From assembly GCF_964204865.1 (NCBI RefSeq), contig NC_135250.1:23436001-23500000 (forward strand): a DNA stretch of 64,000 nt. Direction: 5' to 3'. How positions within the stretch are numbered: the stretch's first letter is position 1; every line of letters begins with the position of its first letter. The position numbers and the translations under genes are program-made. This stretch comes from Styela clava (Eukaryota). Positions 49,601 to 63,313 of this stretch are shown piece by piece. Under the pieces are notes generated by a model. That model was not told the origin of the DNA. It ran no database searches and worked only from the letters and a program-made list of their open reading frames with translations.

Positions 49601-52600
49601 ACAATATTTTGTGTTTCAGCTTTAGTGTAAAAATTGCTTGGTGCAATGCAGTACTCCCTGTTTATGCCTGATATGGGTAATTCAAAACTAAAACAACTAC
49701 CACCAGATAAAGTGATTGATTTAGAACATTTTGGTTTTGCTGATTCAGGGGAAAGGAAAATACAGCTGTTAACTAACCCTTGGACATACCGCGTAGTACT
49801 TATCACATCATATTTTTAGGTATTTCACTTTCCAGTTATTGGTGAGAATTAATACGGCGTGTATTATTCTACCTGAAGCGAACAAGACCTGGTTCTAACA
49901 ATAAAAAAATTTCTTTGTTCTCAAGTGCTAAATTGACAAAAAATATTGTATAAAAATTTGGCATTCCCAAGCCTCGGTTGGGCTCAATTTGAAATTTTGA
50001 CCAAGCCTGCTCATATTTAAAACCACATTTATGAACTATTTTTTGCAAAAAAACAATATCAATAAAAATGAGGCAGTATTTCTCTTATGGAATACAAAAT
50101 TGTTGTGGGGATTGGTTGTATGATTAATCTATTTTTTTCCAATGCCACAGATTTTTTTAGATTACAGATATGGGTTTAAGTTTTTCTTTGATGTATCAAG
50201 TGATTACGTTATCTCACTTGTTTTGTCCCCTGTGATGAATATGAAACTCAGACCAACATAGGTAGACTGAAAAACATATTTTTTTCACAACTTGTATGGT
50301 TTTATTTTCAGGCCGATGTTATCGTCAATGTAACAGATACACAGAATGTGAATAATATTGCGAAGGCTGGAGCTGTGTCAAAATTACTTGGTCAAAAAGC
50401 TGGAGCAAACATAATAGTATGCAATTCTTGTGTTTTATATGAAATTTTGTATTTCTGTGTGAAGTTTTATACCTGGTTAAGATAAAAAATTGGAGATAGT
50501 TCACAAATAATATTAGAAATTCCACAGAATTATGGTGTTGCTCTGTGCACCAATAAATTATGGTCGACTTGAAGCTCAAGAATCAATTTGGTCGATTGAG
50601 AGTTTCATGGTAGCAAACTTCACTAATTCAAAGCGTTTTACTCAAAGATATCTTTTACTAAAACATTGCTGTCAATGAACAGAATTCGCAGTCAATGGCT
50701 ATAAACACTCTTGATCAAAAAAGATCAAAACTTAAAGGATGTTAGTTTCTAGAGCAGAGGTGGGCCTGGTTTTGAAACAAAGGGCTAAAAATTCTGTCTA
50801 CTTAGACTGGTGGGGCATGAAAGTGTGACGTAAAAGTTACATTTATGAACAATATTTACAGTATTACAAAGCGAAGGTAGAAAACGACAAGTCTTGGCCA
50901 AAACTAAATATAACCACAATCGTCAACAAATTCCTTGAGTTATTTTAGCTAAAGCATCAAACATTTGATTTTGGTTGTGGCAACATCAGGCGGGCCAGAT
51001 TGAATTACCGAGCGGCTGGATTTGGCCCGCGGGCGCACTTTGTCCATGTCTGTTCTAGAGTAACCTATCAATTATCCTCACATTAACACACCCTCACATA
51101 CATGGCATTACTCTAGGCTTAGAGACATATACTAAGCTATCCTACCATGTATTTATTTTTCACCTTCACTTACTTATGTTTGATTTATTGCAATTATATA
51201 TCTTTGTAGCAACAATGTGCAAATCTACTGCGACCATTCAATGTCGGAGATGTTCTGGAAACTGATGGAGGATCGCTACCATGTAGAAAATTATATCATG
51301 CACTTGTGACAAATTATAATCAGAGGAATTCGCAAGGAATTATACAATCAGTTGTGTCGAAAAGTTTACAAAAAGCTGAGATGTCCAGATTCAAGTAAGA
51401 CTTGATATGCTTTACGAATGATTAATCAAGTAACTAACTGCACATTGGAACTTTCTTCTCATCATTTTAATTGGCCAATCACCTCCATTCTGAAAAAGCT
51501 GTTGAGCCAAACGTTTCTTAACCAGTTATAAATTTACTGCTTGGGAGTTCATTTTACCTGCATTGAGGCTTAATTTTGCAAATAAGAAGTTCACACTTTT
51601 CTGTTCTATATAAATTTTCTACTCTCACCTAATCAACTGTTGCCGTTAATTAAGCATGTAGCAGCTTGTAACATTGTTGGGGTTGCAATTTCGCTGTTGC
51701 ATGATGAATGTTATTATGTTTTTACTACACAGAAGACTATCTTTTAGACCAGGGGTCCAACACGTGACAGGAGCAGATTTATTCGACCGCATAATGGTTG
51801 ATATTTTTTCACAAAAACCTAAAATAGTACGATGTCAACTATGAGTAAGTTTCATCATTTATCAAATTTTATTCTATTGTTATACTTAAAATTCAATAAT
51901 TGTATTTGGTATATTTATTGTGAGTAAATAAATGATTTTAGGTCAGACAGTGTGTCCGAAAAAAGGTTTGCATAATTAATTGCACACTCACGTCGCATAC
52001 TTGCTATGTTTGGCAGTACTTATATTTGCAAGCAGTTTTTATCAACAATGAAAGTTGCAAATCAGCGATCTGCACACGACTAACGCATTTGCACGCTATC
52101 TTAAGACTAGCAAACCAATGCAAAATAATCAATTTTCATGCATCTTCATTGTAATTCGTAGTAATGAGAATATAAAAAAGTTGCATTTACATTAAAACTC
52201 TATTTTTTGAACCCTTTTCAGCCCATGAGGCCATATAGGTGTTTATAGAAATGAAACTGTGTAAATTATAAGTTGGTGGATTATTCCTCTGTTGATGACA
52301 TACTTGACCTTGTATGATTCAATTATCTGAAAAACATTAAGCACAGGAAATGATTTAAACAATGAATGACAGATTTATAATTCTATCAAACTTCGTTAAT
52401 ATTCATCTTCTGTGGCATTATTCTATTTTTCTTACCTCTTCAAAAGTACTGCGTGACTTTCTGCCACATTGAAAAGATTCTGGATTTTTTTCTTACGGGT
52501 ACTATCTGATCCTCATTTTGTTCCAACTAATCTGCCAAAAGAGAATTTACGATAATATAATCTAGGTGGTTTTTGGAAAATTTTTTTAGTCTATTGTAGT

Positions 52601-55600
52601 TGTCCAAAATGTATTGGAAATCTGAAATAATTTTTCGAATATTTGGTTGAGTCGGGTGATAGCCTGTAATGAAGGTAACCATGGTTTACACATATAATGC
52701 ATAGTAATAAAAACTTCGTTGAAAATCACCGTTCTAGACAATTAGCTACAGTTTTAAGGAAATGGACCTTTTTTAGTAAGCAGGACAGGTAGATAGATAC
52801 ACCGTATATCAATTACTAGATTATCATTTAACTTTTTAATTCACAACATTGTGAATTGTTGAAACTATTGTAATCTTGTTTTTAGGTCCATTGCTTTTTC
52901 AGCTATTGCTACAGGAGGATACAGCCATCCTCCAAATCTTATTGCCCAATGGATGAGACAAGAAATATCTCAATTTCAAGGAAATAATTTAAAGCAGGTT
53001 TTCATTGTGCTTTATTCTGGAAATCGAGCTGTTATATCGGTTAGTATAATAATCCAATGTGGTGTTTGTGATTTAAATCGGCGTTTTCTCGTGGAACTCT
53101 TGGTATGCTATTTGACTTACCTATGCAATACTCATGCACATATCCACACTACTTACGCTAGTTAAGATTTTTGTTCTTAGCAAATTATGCTGTTTCACAA
53201 TTTGGAGAATATTACACAATTCGGACAGTCTATTCATACTCTCACTCTCACAAAACCCCAATAAGCGTTTTAAGAAATACTAGGTTTCCGTGCAATCTAG
53301 GTTGAAGAAGACTGATTTCTATATTATAAAGTGTATTTATTTCAACCCCAACATTAAGATAGGATTTTTCATATTCAATCTACGGAACAAGAAAGCCCAT
53401 AACATGCCCTAATCGTGGATCGGGTGCTGGCCCTCGCCCTTGTATTAGTGAACATTAGGCATGGAAATAACCAGTGCAGTTTCAAATTTGAAGAACACAT
53501 TCTTCTTTGGGTTGAACTCACTAGTTAACATGTTTCAGAAAATCATGTCGATTTTATATATCTATAACAATACGAGAAGATATAGTAACATTAATTGATA
53601 AGAACAATTCTAATGTCATATTCACTAATGAATGTCACTATCCCAGCTACATTAAAAGGGCCTACAGATATCCGTGACATAACTTTCGAAACACCAAATA
53701 TAACGCTATAGTTGTGTAACGTCTAAAACAAACAAACAAAGTTTCACTGATTACCATGACATTCCATAAACAGATTCGCACAAACGATTAAAAAAGCGGA
53801 ACTGAACAGTTGTGTATGTGAAACACCCTGCGGCTGCGTATTCAGCAATTTTTTCACAGTCATTTTCTATTAAAATATTTCTGTTCTTTATCTTTGATTC
53901 TAATCATCGTGGAGTAACCAAAAAACAGCAGCAAAAACCTTCTATTCTATCCAATTAAAGAGTCCAGCTGCACACTCCCTCAAATGTATTTCTGTAACGT
54001 TTCGTCCGACCAAAGTCAGACTTCCTCAGACAAGCAGTTTATAACAATGGCAAGAAATGAACAATCATGCAGTTTAAATATAGCAATAAATAAATTTTGT
54101 TTAAATTCAAATCTCAAATCATGATGAAACAATGAATCAACATTTAATTTATATTTATCCGTAGAAGTAATGTTGGAAAAATTAGAACCACAGATATTAG
54201 TCAAGCTCATTTCAGATGTAATTCGAAATATTATCGCATTCATGGAAATAATGCGTAAAAATGTAATTAAAAATAAGATTATGGGCCCATAGAAGGCAAT
54301 AAAGAAGTCATATCAACATTAAAACGCCAATCAATGCTTAGATTGGTGAGGAACAATTTGAAAGTAAAATAAGACAAGAGTGAATAGTATTTATTCAATT
54401 TCAATCTTAAATGACACTGAAATATAATATTGATTGATAATTTAATAAATGATAATATAATAAGCTTTTTATCTCAAAGTTTTCTGGTGTTGTCATATTT
54501 TGTTTCAGCGGTAGAAGTTAGACTGCAATCCATAAGGCTCATTACTAATCCATGGAAAGTGGTGTTGTTCTTATCATCTGACACTATATCTTTAACACAT
54601 TTCTGTTGCAACTGCTACATATGCATTTGAAAGAATTGCAGTTTGACACACAATAGACTAGGGTCCATCATTTAGATATTTTCAGAAAACATTACTAAAT
54701 ATCATTTTTTCTGAAACAAATATTTAGGCTTTCAATGCTGAGTTCAAAACAGGATTAAATTCCAGTGGAAATCCATCTTTCACTCCTACTGCTTCTGAAG
54801 AATCGAAAAATGATGATATCATTATCAAAAAAATTGATGATGAAACAACTCGATATGGGTCATTGAAAGTATCAGTAATTAAAGGCGACATCACTGAACA
54901 AGATACTGATGTAATAGTTAACAGCACGGATCAAAAATTTGATCTTTCCCAGGGTGAATATATAATGTTAATAATTTTTAAGATATAGTATAGAAGTTTT
55001 TTAATTTATTGATGTCTGTAAATATTCGTAGTACTAATACTGGAAATCTGCTGCACTTTTTTGGGGGTACCATCTACTGGATCATCTTTTATATTTTTGA
55101 TATTTGGACTTTTGCAAATCACAATTGTATTAGTACAGGTTACAAATAATATTCAGTGTAGTTTACATTTCATAACTTTTTATTAAAATAAATTGAAACG
55201 TTTTGGAATTTTTTGGGGTTGGTTATTTTTCCCAATCAATCTCATTAAATATTGAACAAGTCTGACAAATAATAATTTACCAGGTATGGTTTCAACCCAA
55301 ATTTTGAATGTGGGTGGTAACTCAATTCAAAATGAGGCGTGGGATCAAACTGGGGGAGATTATGTTGTAACTTCTGGAGGAAACCTTCCTTGTAAAAAGA
55401 TCATCCACTTGGTGATGCCTAGCAATCAGAAAGATCTTCAGAAAAAAATAATTCGGGCTTTAATCGAAGTCGGAAAATTAGGATTGTCATCGGTTTCGCT
55501 TCCTGCTTTTGGAACAGGTATGATTTTTATTACATCGTTAATTACGACTTGCTATGTAAAACAGAAAATTAAGGGGCCCCAGTGGGTTGCCTTGACACAT

Positions 55601-58600
55601 GCAGAAATCTTGTTTGGTTACAGATCTCCCAATTATTAAGTCAGTTAAACATTCCAATATTCCAAATGTATTAAAGGAAGCGTAGGTAAATACTTATGTG
55701 AAACATTCACTGATTTTAGTACAGTTTTTAACAAAATTATAGTTTTAAATGTAGTGTGTGTATGTGCCAACAATTAAGAGATTCATTTTAAGGGCCACAT
55801 ACACATTGCATATGCATAGTATTGAAATTTGTATCTTCAAGGACGAGAAAGTCATCAAGGCGTTCAAATTTGGCGCTCTCTTTTGTGCTGGTTTTGAATG
55901 TCAGATCTAGGGTTAGTTGTTTCTCAATTTTTATAAGGCCTTAATTATCATAATATTCAGTACATAAAAAATTGTAGATTCTAGATATGTGTTCATATAC
56001 GGACTGCATTAAAAATTTATTTCTCAATTTTCTGGAGCCCTATTTATGGTAATATTCCTTGAAAAATCTCGAGGTACATGCATATGTAGACTGCAAGTTA
56101 TTACAAACTGTTCAATGTACTGGTATGTCTTCTCATCAACATACTTATCTGTTCAGGAAATCTTCATATGGATTGTTCGACTATAGGATCGATCATGCGA
56201 GACTCAATCGAGTCGTTTGTGAAGTCGTATCCAAATTCCAGACATCCATCATCTGTGAAAGTTGTAATCTTCGATAAAAAAATGTTGAAAGATTTTAAAG
56301 ATACGATTTTGATTGAAACTGCGAAGAAGGGATTTTTGTCAAAATTACGTGACTTTGGGAAAAGTAAATTATGGCACAACCTTTTTTTTTTATTTATTCA
56401 ACAAACTGGGAGACAAAGTTGACGACCAGTTTCACTTCTCTGTTAGAAATCACTAGCAAGGCATTAGTGCATTTTTATTGTTCTTTCAAACATCTGATAT
56501 CATATTCATAACATATAATCATTGTTGTAATTTAAAATTTTTGAAATATTGATAATAGTAATCATGTATTTCTGTTGTTTAGGTTCGTTACAAAATTCAT
56601 TGAAAGATTGAGGGTTTGCAAAAAATAGACTGCAGTTAACTAAATGGTTCAATTTGGCAGGTTTCTTCTCCTCTGGCAGTGGAACTGCAGATGAAGACAT
56701 CCAATACAAAGATAATTCTTTTCCTTTATATCTTTACTCAACGAACAAAGAATATATAGAAGAGGTATAGGGTTTCTTATTAAATAAATTTTTGTATTTA
56801 AATTCTTTGCTATAGTACAGGGGTGGCCAACCTGCTTTTGATCGTGATCGACAGAAATCTTCAAAACAGCTCGCCACTGATTGATAATAATGTTATACGC
56901 AAAAACAAATGAGTACTGAATATGAAGATAACTCCACAAATTGCTGTCAAAGGGCTAGTAACCTTCTGTTGAAGAAGGTGTTGGATTAAACAGCTCCTCT
57001 TTTTTTGTAGTCAAATTTTGCTTGAAAGTATGGTGGGTAGGGTCAATAATCGATCACTCGCACGATAATCAGCACATTTATTCTTAACCTTTGGCAGCGG
57101 CAAAACTTTCATTAGGTATATAATAATATGTATATTGAATTGGCCAACACTCAAATACTGATCTGCATATCTACCATATTTCTTCTTTTTAAAGACAATT
57201 TTTTAGGATATGTTATTAAATCCACACAACATCAGACGTGATTGATTACTCGAGACGTGGCGATCGACTGGTCAATGTGTTAGCCACCCCTGCTATAGTA
57301 CAACAAACCAACGATGATAACATGAATCACCTTACAAAGGCCTTATGATGACTTCCCTTATTTATTTTCAGAATGACATTTGTTTTTAATTGATAGGTCT
57401 GAAATTTTTGCTGGTCCATTGTATCAAAAATATTCGCACATTTCAAAATTCCATAGATTAATCAGTATCAATTGTTTGCAGGCTATCGATTCTATCAACA
57501 ATGACATTCAAAAGATAACTCAAAAACAAGCTATCGTTGATGATGTTATTGGTAGATTAGGTAAATGGGAATGGTTTGAAATCTTGGAGATCGGAAGAAG
57601 CGAAAAGATTGAAATCACGGATGATTCGGACATGTTTGTTTTTGTTCATACAATCTGTACTGGAACATTGAATCTATGAATTAGTTTGAAACATGGAGTA
57701 TTATTTTGTTAGGGATAATAATGTGTGACAATTCTTTCAATTGTCACATTTTTAATATAACATATTGTCACATATGACTCTTTCCACTATACCAATGTTA
57801 ACAACAGCTGATTAGCCGATCATTATCTAGCTAGAGTGTCCCATTGACTTTCTATGTCTTAGGAAAAATATGAAAATTCTTTCCTTTTTAATAAGGTATA
57901 CGAAAAGACTGATATTGGATGGTCTTACCAAAAATGTGGTCAATGCTCACGAAGCAATTAAAGATATTTTAAGAGAATTTGCAGCTGCGGAGACGTTTGC
58001 TGCTTTTGTCTTTTGGCAACGAAAAGATCAAGCTGGTGCATGGAAAGATTTTCCGATGCGTGCTGTGCATAAATTGGAAATAGCATTCAAGGTTTTTTTC
58101 AGTAGTTTTGTGTATTTCAAATTAAGTATTTTTAAATCCTGAATTTTATAATATTTTTTCATACAATCTGCCCGAAGCAGGTTCATAAAAAACTCACTTT
58201 AAACCAAGTAGCCTGTGAAAGTGTGATGAAATTATCAATTCAATATAACATGCCACCATAAGATGTGGATAATTCAAACCTCAATGTAATTAATTATTCA
58301 AGTCAACATAGTTGAGAGTATGTTACTCTATAATTTATATCAAATCACTTGTGATGAGTTTTATTTGCTGTGACAACAGAAACGTAATGGAGACAGTACT
58401 AACCCAACATTAAACAAAGTCCAAGTATCTGAATTTGATGGAGTCAAAGTGATCCAAACAACCATCGACCTCTCTAAACTTGATAATGACCCACAAGGTA
58501 GAAACCCGCCAGATATTCGACGAAGAGTAAAAGAAAAAAGTGTCAGTGGTAAATATTTTTTGAATTGTGAATGTTCTTTCAAAATTGGCACTTTTCTAAG

Positions 58601-60124
58601 TTTTTTCTTATTCACCTACAAAATATTTGTTCATGGTAATTTGACCACATTAAATGCATTCCTATCATTGTTAAATGCTTCACTCTTTAGATATTCCTAC
58701 TTTTTGGGATGACATGTCCGGAAAACAAAGTTTGGAAGTAGTTTTAACACCAGGCTCTCAAGAATATCAAAATGTCTTAGCAAAGTTCATAAGCGCTGGG
58801 CAATTTCATCAAACTATTGTCTCTGTGAGTTAAATTTTGTAATTTTTGGACATGAAAGGTACATATGGATAGTTTTGTTATTACGTTGATGTTGTTCTTG
58901 TTAGTCTTTTTTCGTTTTGAAAAAATTGCTTTCTACATTAACAATCTATTGCTTTGAAAATTTAGAGGTTGAAGATTTTATTTTACGCTAAAAACTTTCA
59001 TTTATTTCAAAAATTTCTTTGGGTTTTATGATATCCATTTTTTTCTGCAATGATGTCATCAAAATGTTTTAGAATTAATGACTTAATGCTATCATGATTC
59101 TGGATAAAATAAAGATGATAGAAAGCTTATATAGGAAACCAGTTGTAAATCTAGGCTGGGTATTTGAAACGTTTCCCAATTCAAGATTCAAAATGTGTTG
59201 ATTTGAGTAAATGGAGTAAATGGAATTGAGTCCGCCAAGATTGTTATCAGCCTTCATTACTATCTTGTATTTAGGAGCTTTTCAAACCTAGCCTGTGACT
59301 CATTAGATATTATTCCAATGCTCTAATTTAAGATTGAAAGAATACAAAATCTGTCCCTGTACAAACAATATGTTGCAAAGAAGGCAGAAGTTACGGAAAA
59401 ACATGGAGCGAATCTTGGAAAACCAATCGAAGAACAATTGTTTAATGGCACTATATATGATGATCAAATTATTTCTAATGGGTTTGATAGAAGTCACGCT
59501 GGAAAAAATGGTAAAATAATGTAGCTTTCTCAAGATATAATTTCTTTCTTACCTTTTGAAAAGGGTAGTTAATACTAAAGCTTAGGTAGATTTTGAAAAA
59601 TATGCATGTGACGTAGTTACTGTACTACATAGTTTTTTTTATCATATTCATCTTGGTACAAGAAGTATGTAACGATTTAGTACTTCGTGATCTGGAGTTG
59701 CCTTATTTCTGTACAGAAATACTCTGTTCACAATGCTTATGAAAAACGAAGAAGTGATGCATGTAAAAACGTTGAAATTGTTCTTAATTAATATACAGGG
59801 TATGTGATACTGAAACCTAAACACATGTATTTAATTTTCATAGCAACAATGTATGGACGAGGTGTTTATTTTGCAACGACTGCTAATTATTCCCATGGGT
59901 ACGCAGCACCAAACCAATCTGGCAATCGAAGAATGTTTCTCGTGGATGTTATAACTGGAGATTATTGCCAAGGAAATCAAAATATTGTTGCACTTCCACA
60001 AAGACGAAGCAATTTGAAGAATGATTTGTATGATAGTGTTGTAGATAACGTGATGAATCCTACCATCTTTGTGGTTTTTAAGGATGCAAGTGCTTATCCT
60101 ACTTATCGCATTACCTATGTATGA
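34690..60124 (+). CDS. PARP14: PARP14-like macro-PARP (RRMs, KH-like repeats, 3 macrodomains, WWE, ART domain); ~1877 aa if the 48659 acceptor is used
   Basis: 33 GT-AG exons, phase-checked by hand: 34690-34846, 35546-35632, 35869-36052, 36342-36493, 36824-36930, 37340-37475, 37980-38047, 38590-38764, 39350-39505, 39943-40139, 41047-41240, 41515-41598, 42434-42584, 43346-43472, 44399-44604, 45721-45976, 46549-46781, 47727-47895, 48702 (or 48659)-48918, 49376-49585, 50312-50416, 51210-51394, 52886-53039, 54728-54953, 55284-55517, 56157-56363, 56661-56764, 57482-57633, 57896-58091, 58380-58548, 58691-58824, 59333-59510, 59844-60124. Motifs: FESKKR.GGGPV (RRM); DVIVNASN, AIPAISCGVFG, GDITEQDTDVIVNST, GGNLPCKKIIH (macro); FWQRKD...WKDFP (WWE); IERIQN, GFDRSHAGKNATMYGRGVYFA, YDSVVDN, FVVFKDASAYP (ART). 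The symbol reflects domain architecture, not proven orthology. Confidence 0.9.
38345..38456. mobile_element. ~110-bp hairpin MITE copy (PARP intron)
   Basis: Same arms; flanks aacatt/aaaatt. Confidence 0.75.
44014..44125. mobile_element. ~110-bp hairpin MITE copy (PARP intron)
   Basis: Same arms; flanks aaaaat/ataaat. Confidence 0.75.
44139..44232. repeat. 47-bp tandem duplication
   Basis: aaaattctttcctgcaaatcaattttaaatgatagcgtc(a/t)atcatat twice. Confidence 0.9.
44797..45025. mobile_element. Longer (~230 bp) relative of the hairpin MITE, perfect 6-bp TSD AAGTAG
   Basis: gggtgctcccgaagtatgcgaaccaagatggcggacatcggaa / ttccgatgtccaccatcttggttcgcatacttcgggagccccc; internal ggttagggttagg. Confidence 0.85.
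46961..47357 (-). mobile_element. Non-autonomous Helentron (DINE-1/HINE-like)
   Basis: Minus strand: 5' sub-TIR with hairpin (cttatcgatcttaagatcggtaag), (TCTG)n/(TG)n microsatellite, 3' sub-TIR gatcgataag, short stem-loop (tcggtttccaaccga), T-rich end; no TSD. Confidence 0.65.
50755..51052. mobile_element. hAT MITE, perfect 8-bp TSD TTCTAGAG
   Basis: cagaggtgggc...gtccatgtctg; homologous to 24085-24381. Confidence 0.85.
51749..52230 (+). mobile_element. Degenerate hAT (Buster-like) fragment
   Basis: ttttagac|caggggtcc end; relic peptide MFGSTYICKQFLSTMK resembles the hAT dimerisation motif FGSTY.CEQ.FS.MK. Confidence 0.55.
56818..57292. mobile_element. hAT MITE, perfect 8-bp TSD CTATAGTA
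   Basis: caggggtggccaac / gttagccacccctg. Confidence 0.85.
59333..59510 (+). CDS. PARP14-like ART-domain exon carrying the His-to-Asn triad substitution
   Basis: IERIQNLSLYKQYVAKKAEVTEKHGANLGKPIEEQLFNGTIYDDQIISNGFDRSHAGKN; AAT at 59444-59446. Confidence 0.9.
59844..60124 (+). CDS. PARP14-like terminal ART-domain exon
   Basis: ATMYGRGVYFATTANYSHGYA...MFLVDVITGDY...YDSVVDNVMNPTIFVVFKDASAYPTYRITYV*. Confidence 0.92.
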
Positions 60125-60519
60125 TTAGCTTTTGTTTTACCTTAAACTGTTTTCCTATAAAGTAGATGATACCTGTATTTAGTTACCTGAACAGAAAATT
60201 TCAAAACATTGATGCTAATTGACATAATATTCGAGAGAGAAAACAATCAAAGGATTTTTTATACCAACAGCAAAGAGGCACTCTATCAAGAATCACAAAT
60301 AATCCTGTTTTAAATTTCTTAGCTATCATTTCCTGATACCTTACGGTTAGTCATTTTCTGTAAATATGTGTGGAGGCCTTGGTTACATAAAATTGGTCAA
60401 TTCAAAAAATTTTATCTTTTGAAGGGCAATTTTTCCTAGAAATCACCGACACATATAAATGTACGTGGTTGATAAGCTTATTATTGTTATATATTATATT
60501 GCACTATATCTAATATGCT

Positions 60520-60655
60520 AGTATTTGTTGTACGCAATGCCCATCAGAATTGAATTTTAATTGCCTATAATTGTATTTGTTGTATGCACTGCCTTATAGA
60601 ATTAACTTTTAATCGCCTATAATTGTATTTGCTGTATGCGCTGCCCAGCAGAATC
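60520..60655. repeat. ~52-bp tandem repeat (about 2.6 units) downstream of the PARP stop codon
   Basis: gtatttgttgtaYgcaNtgcc...agaatt...ttttaatYgcctataatt repeated. Confidence 0.75.
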
Positions 60656-62722
60656 TATAGTATCTATTCGACGTTTCTGTTTTGTTGTAATTTTATAAAA
60701 TCTTTCAAATTACCTGAATTTTAATATTTCTGATGCACTGCCAAGTTTCTTTCAAATAAGGATAATTGTAATATCTGAAAGAAATGGTTAACAGAAAAAT
60801 AATATTTGAATAGTATAGTGAATTGAACGTGTAAATTACCGTTATACTTTGATTAATGTCCTAGTATTTGGTATATTTAGACAAGATAGCTATGGACAAA
60901 TAAATGGTGACAAAAAGAGACCTAAATGAAAAAATTTAAAACAATGGAGTGATAGCCTTTGGTATTTTTGTAACTTTTGTGCCTATTTATCCTCTCGACT
61001 GTGTTTGTAGTTGAAGAATAAGAGTGTTTTTTTGCAACAGAACTATGCTTAGCGGGACAATCCATAAGTCAACTTTGTTTTCATTGAACTGCTTTTGATT
61101 ATAACCTAACGTTACTCTAATTTCATGAACTTTTGTAATGTTCGTATTTTTGCTGCCGAGTTAAATGTGCTTTTTTGCTATATTCAAGTTCAGATTTTTA
61201 CGAATCACGTTTTTACGAATTATCTGTCCGTCCACTGATTTTCTTCAATATTCGGACAAAGTTCTTAAACCATGGTACTGTACAACCTGGTGGAATTTTC
61301 TTTTATATGCTCTTCAATTAATGCTGTATTATTATTCCTAACATCCTTACGAAATATTGCATTCAATATATACATATAGCAGAAGAATCATATTTTGTTA
61401 GATCAAGTGCAATAAATTGGGTAGGTATGTGGTAGATTATAATACCGGTGGGGCATATCTGGGGTTTAAAGACTTTCCAGCTGGCAATTTTATGGACCGC
61501 AAGGTATATAAAACTACATAATCAGCATGAAAATAATAAAAACTTATCACAGAATCAGAAGAGCAAACAAAACCAAGGGGAAGGTTTACTACATGCAGAT
61601 TTTGGAAAGAAAGATCTTGTCAAAAAGAAGTGGTATATAGGTTAATATCCAAAGGTAAATATAGGTAAAAAGAAAAATATCCAAAACTAAAAAATTTCGC
61701 CACACATAATTTTGCAAAGACTCGTACCAAATTGGATACCGAATTAGTTTCACTTATATAAAAGCTTGACCCAATAGCTAATAAATAAAACATTATATAG
61801 GTATATTTCGACTCCATAATCAACATAACAATAAATGGTTGATAAAACAAATCAATAAAAACTGATTATGAAATCAGGAGAGCAAACAAAACATTAGATG
61901 AGGTTTAGAATATAAGACTGAAGTTTTTGCCGAGAAGAATTGGAACGTGTTCAAAATTCTATCAGCCAGAAAGGCTGTGTTTGGCATCACACACACAAAC
62001 AGCCATAGAGATATTAACTAAAAAAAACGCGATAAGTTTATGGTAAATTGCATAGTAAACAAATATGATAAAAAAAAAGGAAAAAATAATTTGCCACACC
62101 ACATCAATAATTTAGTAATATTTGCCACTGCCAAATTGATCGTTTTTCTAGTCTGGAGTGAACAGTAAAAATAAAGTTCAATGGAAACATATTGCCAAGC
62201 TGATTATAGACGGAGTCAAATGCCAAATTGCCCAACCGAGGTTGCCAGAATTGGCTGCATAAAGAGAGGGGTAGATCACTTCATTCCCCAAATTAGAGTC
62301 AATTATTGCCAAATTATATTTCAGATTGTAATGAGTACTTGAAGTTACCGGTAACAGTATAAGTCACTATAATTAAGTAAGGTAGGACAATGGGGTATGA
62401 AAATGATTATTTACTAACCGGTATGTGTTTTCTTCATTTAATCATTTTTGGAGTGACCTGAAAAACGAAAAATAAATCTGCGTAGATGTTTCAATGATTG
62501 AGTGAAGGGAAACGCGCTGAACTATTCATTACAGGCAAAAATAATTGTTTAATTAAATGCTTCTGTATTGTCATTATTTAGCGACGATCTATGATGACAT
62601 CGCATCTAATAATTATCTTTTTCTAATAAGATATTTTAGTTATATAATTCGGTAAAACCATGCGGTATACACCGCCAATAAACAGTATTTCTTAATTTCC
62701 TATTATCATATTATTATTTAAT

Positions 62723-62835
62723 TGATGCTCCCTAATTATGTGCACCAAGATGGTACACAACCTGAACATAGTATTTGTACCAGGTTAGGGTTATCACTTG
62801 TGCGCCATCTTGGTGCACATACTTCGGGAGCGTCA
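62723..62835. mobile_element. ~110-bp hairpin MITE copy, TSD TTTAAT
   Basis: Same arms; tttaat on both sides. Confidence 0.78.
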
Positions 62836-62869
62836 TTTAATTACATGATCTTTTTAACTAGATATTAGA

Positions 62870-63004
62870 ATCGTGGGTGTCGCTGCTCGATGCCTAGATT
62901 TGGTTTCCCGCGACTTCCCTTGCAAAGTAAAATTGTATATATGATTACTATTTTTTTTTCTATATTGTGTGTGTTTGCTTTTTGCTGGTTGAATAAAACA
63001 AACT
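62870..63004 (+). mobile_element. 3' end fragment of a CR1-group LINE
   Basis: gggtgtcgctgctcga...gcgacttccc stem-loop, T-rich stretch and AATAAA, as at 21826-21975. Confidence 0.55.
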
Positions 63005-63313
63005 TCTTCCATTTGCATATAGGTAAACTCGCGTTTTGTATATTTTATACTCGCTATATACCAACAATACCAACAGAATTAGTTACAATTATTTGATGAA
63101 TTAATATATTCTTCGTAGGGATGTCATTGGTATTCAGAGTAGGAGAACCTAGTCAATGGATCATTGACTTCACATTCTACTTGGGATAGAAAAGAATTTA
63201 TCACACCATGCAAAAACACCCAAAATTTGATCACTATCTATACCTTGGCCATCAAGTCAACTCAATACCATACCAATACACATACACCAATACCATACCT
63301 AAACATAAAATGC

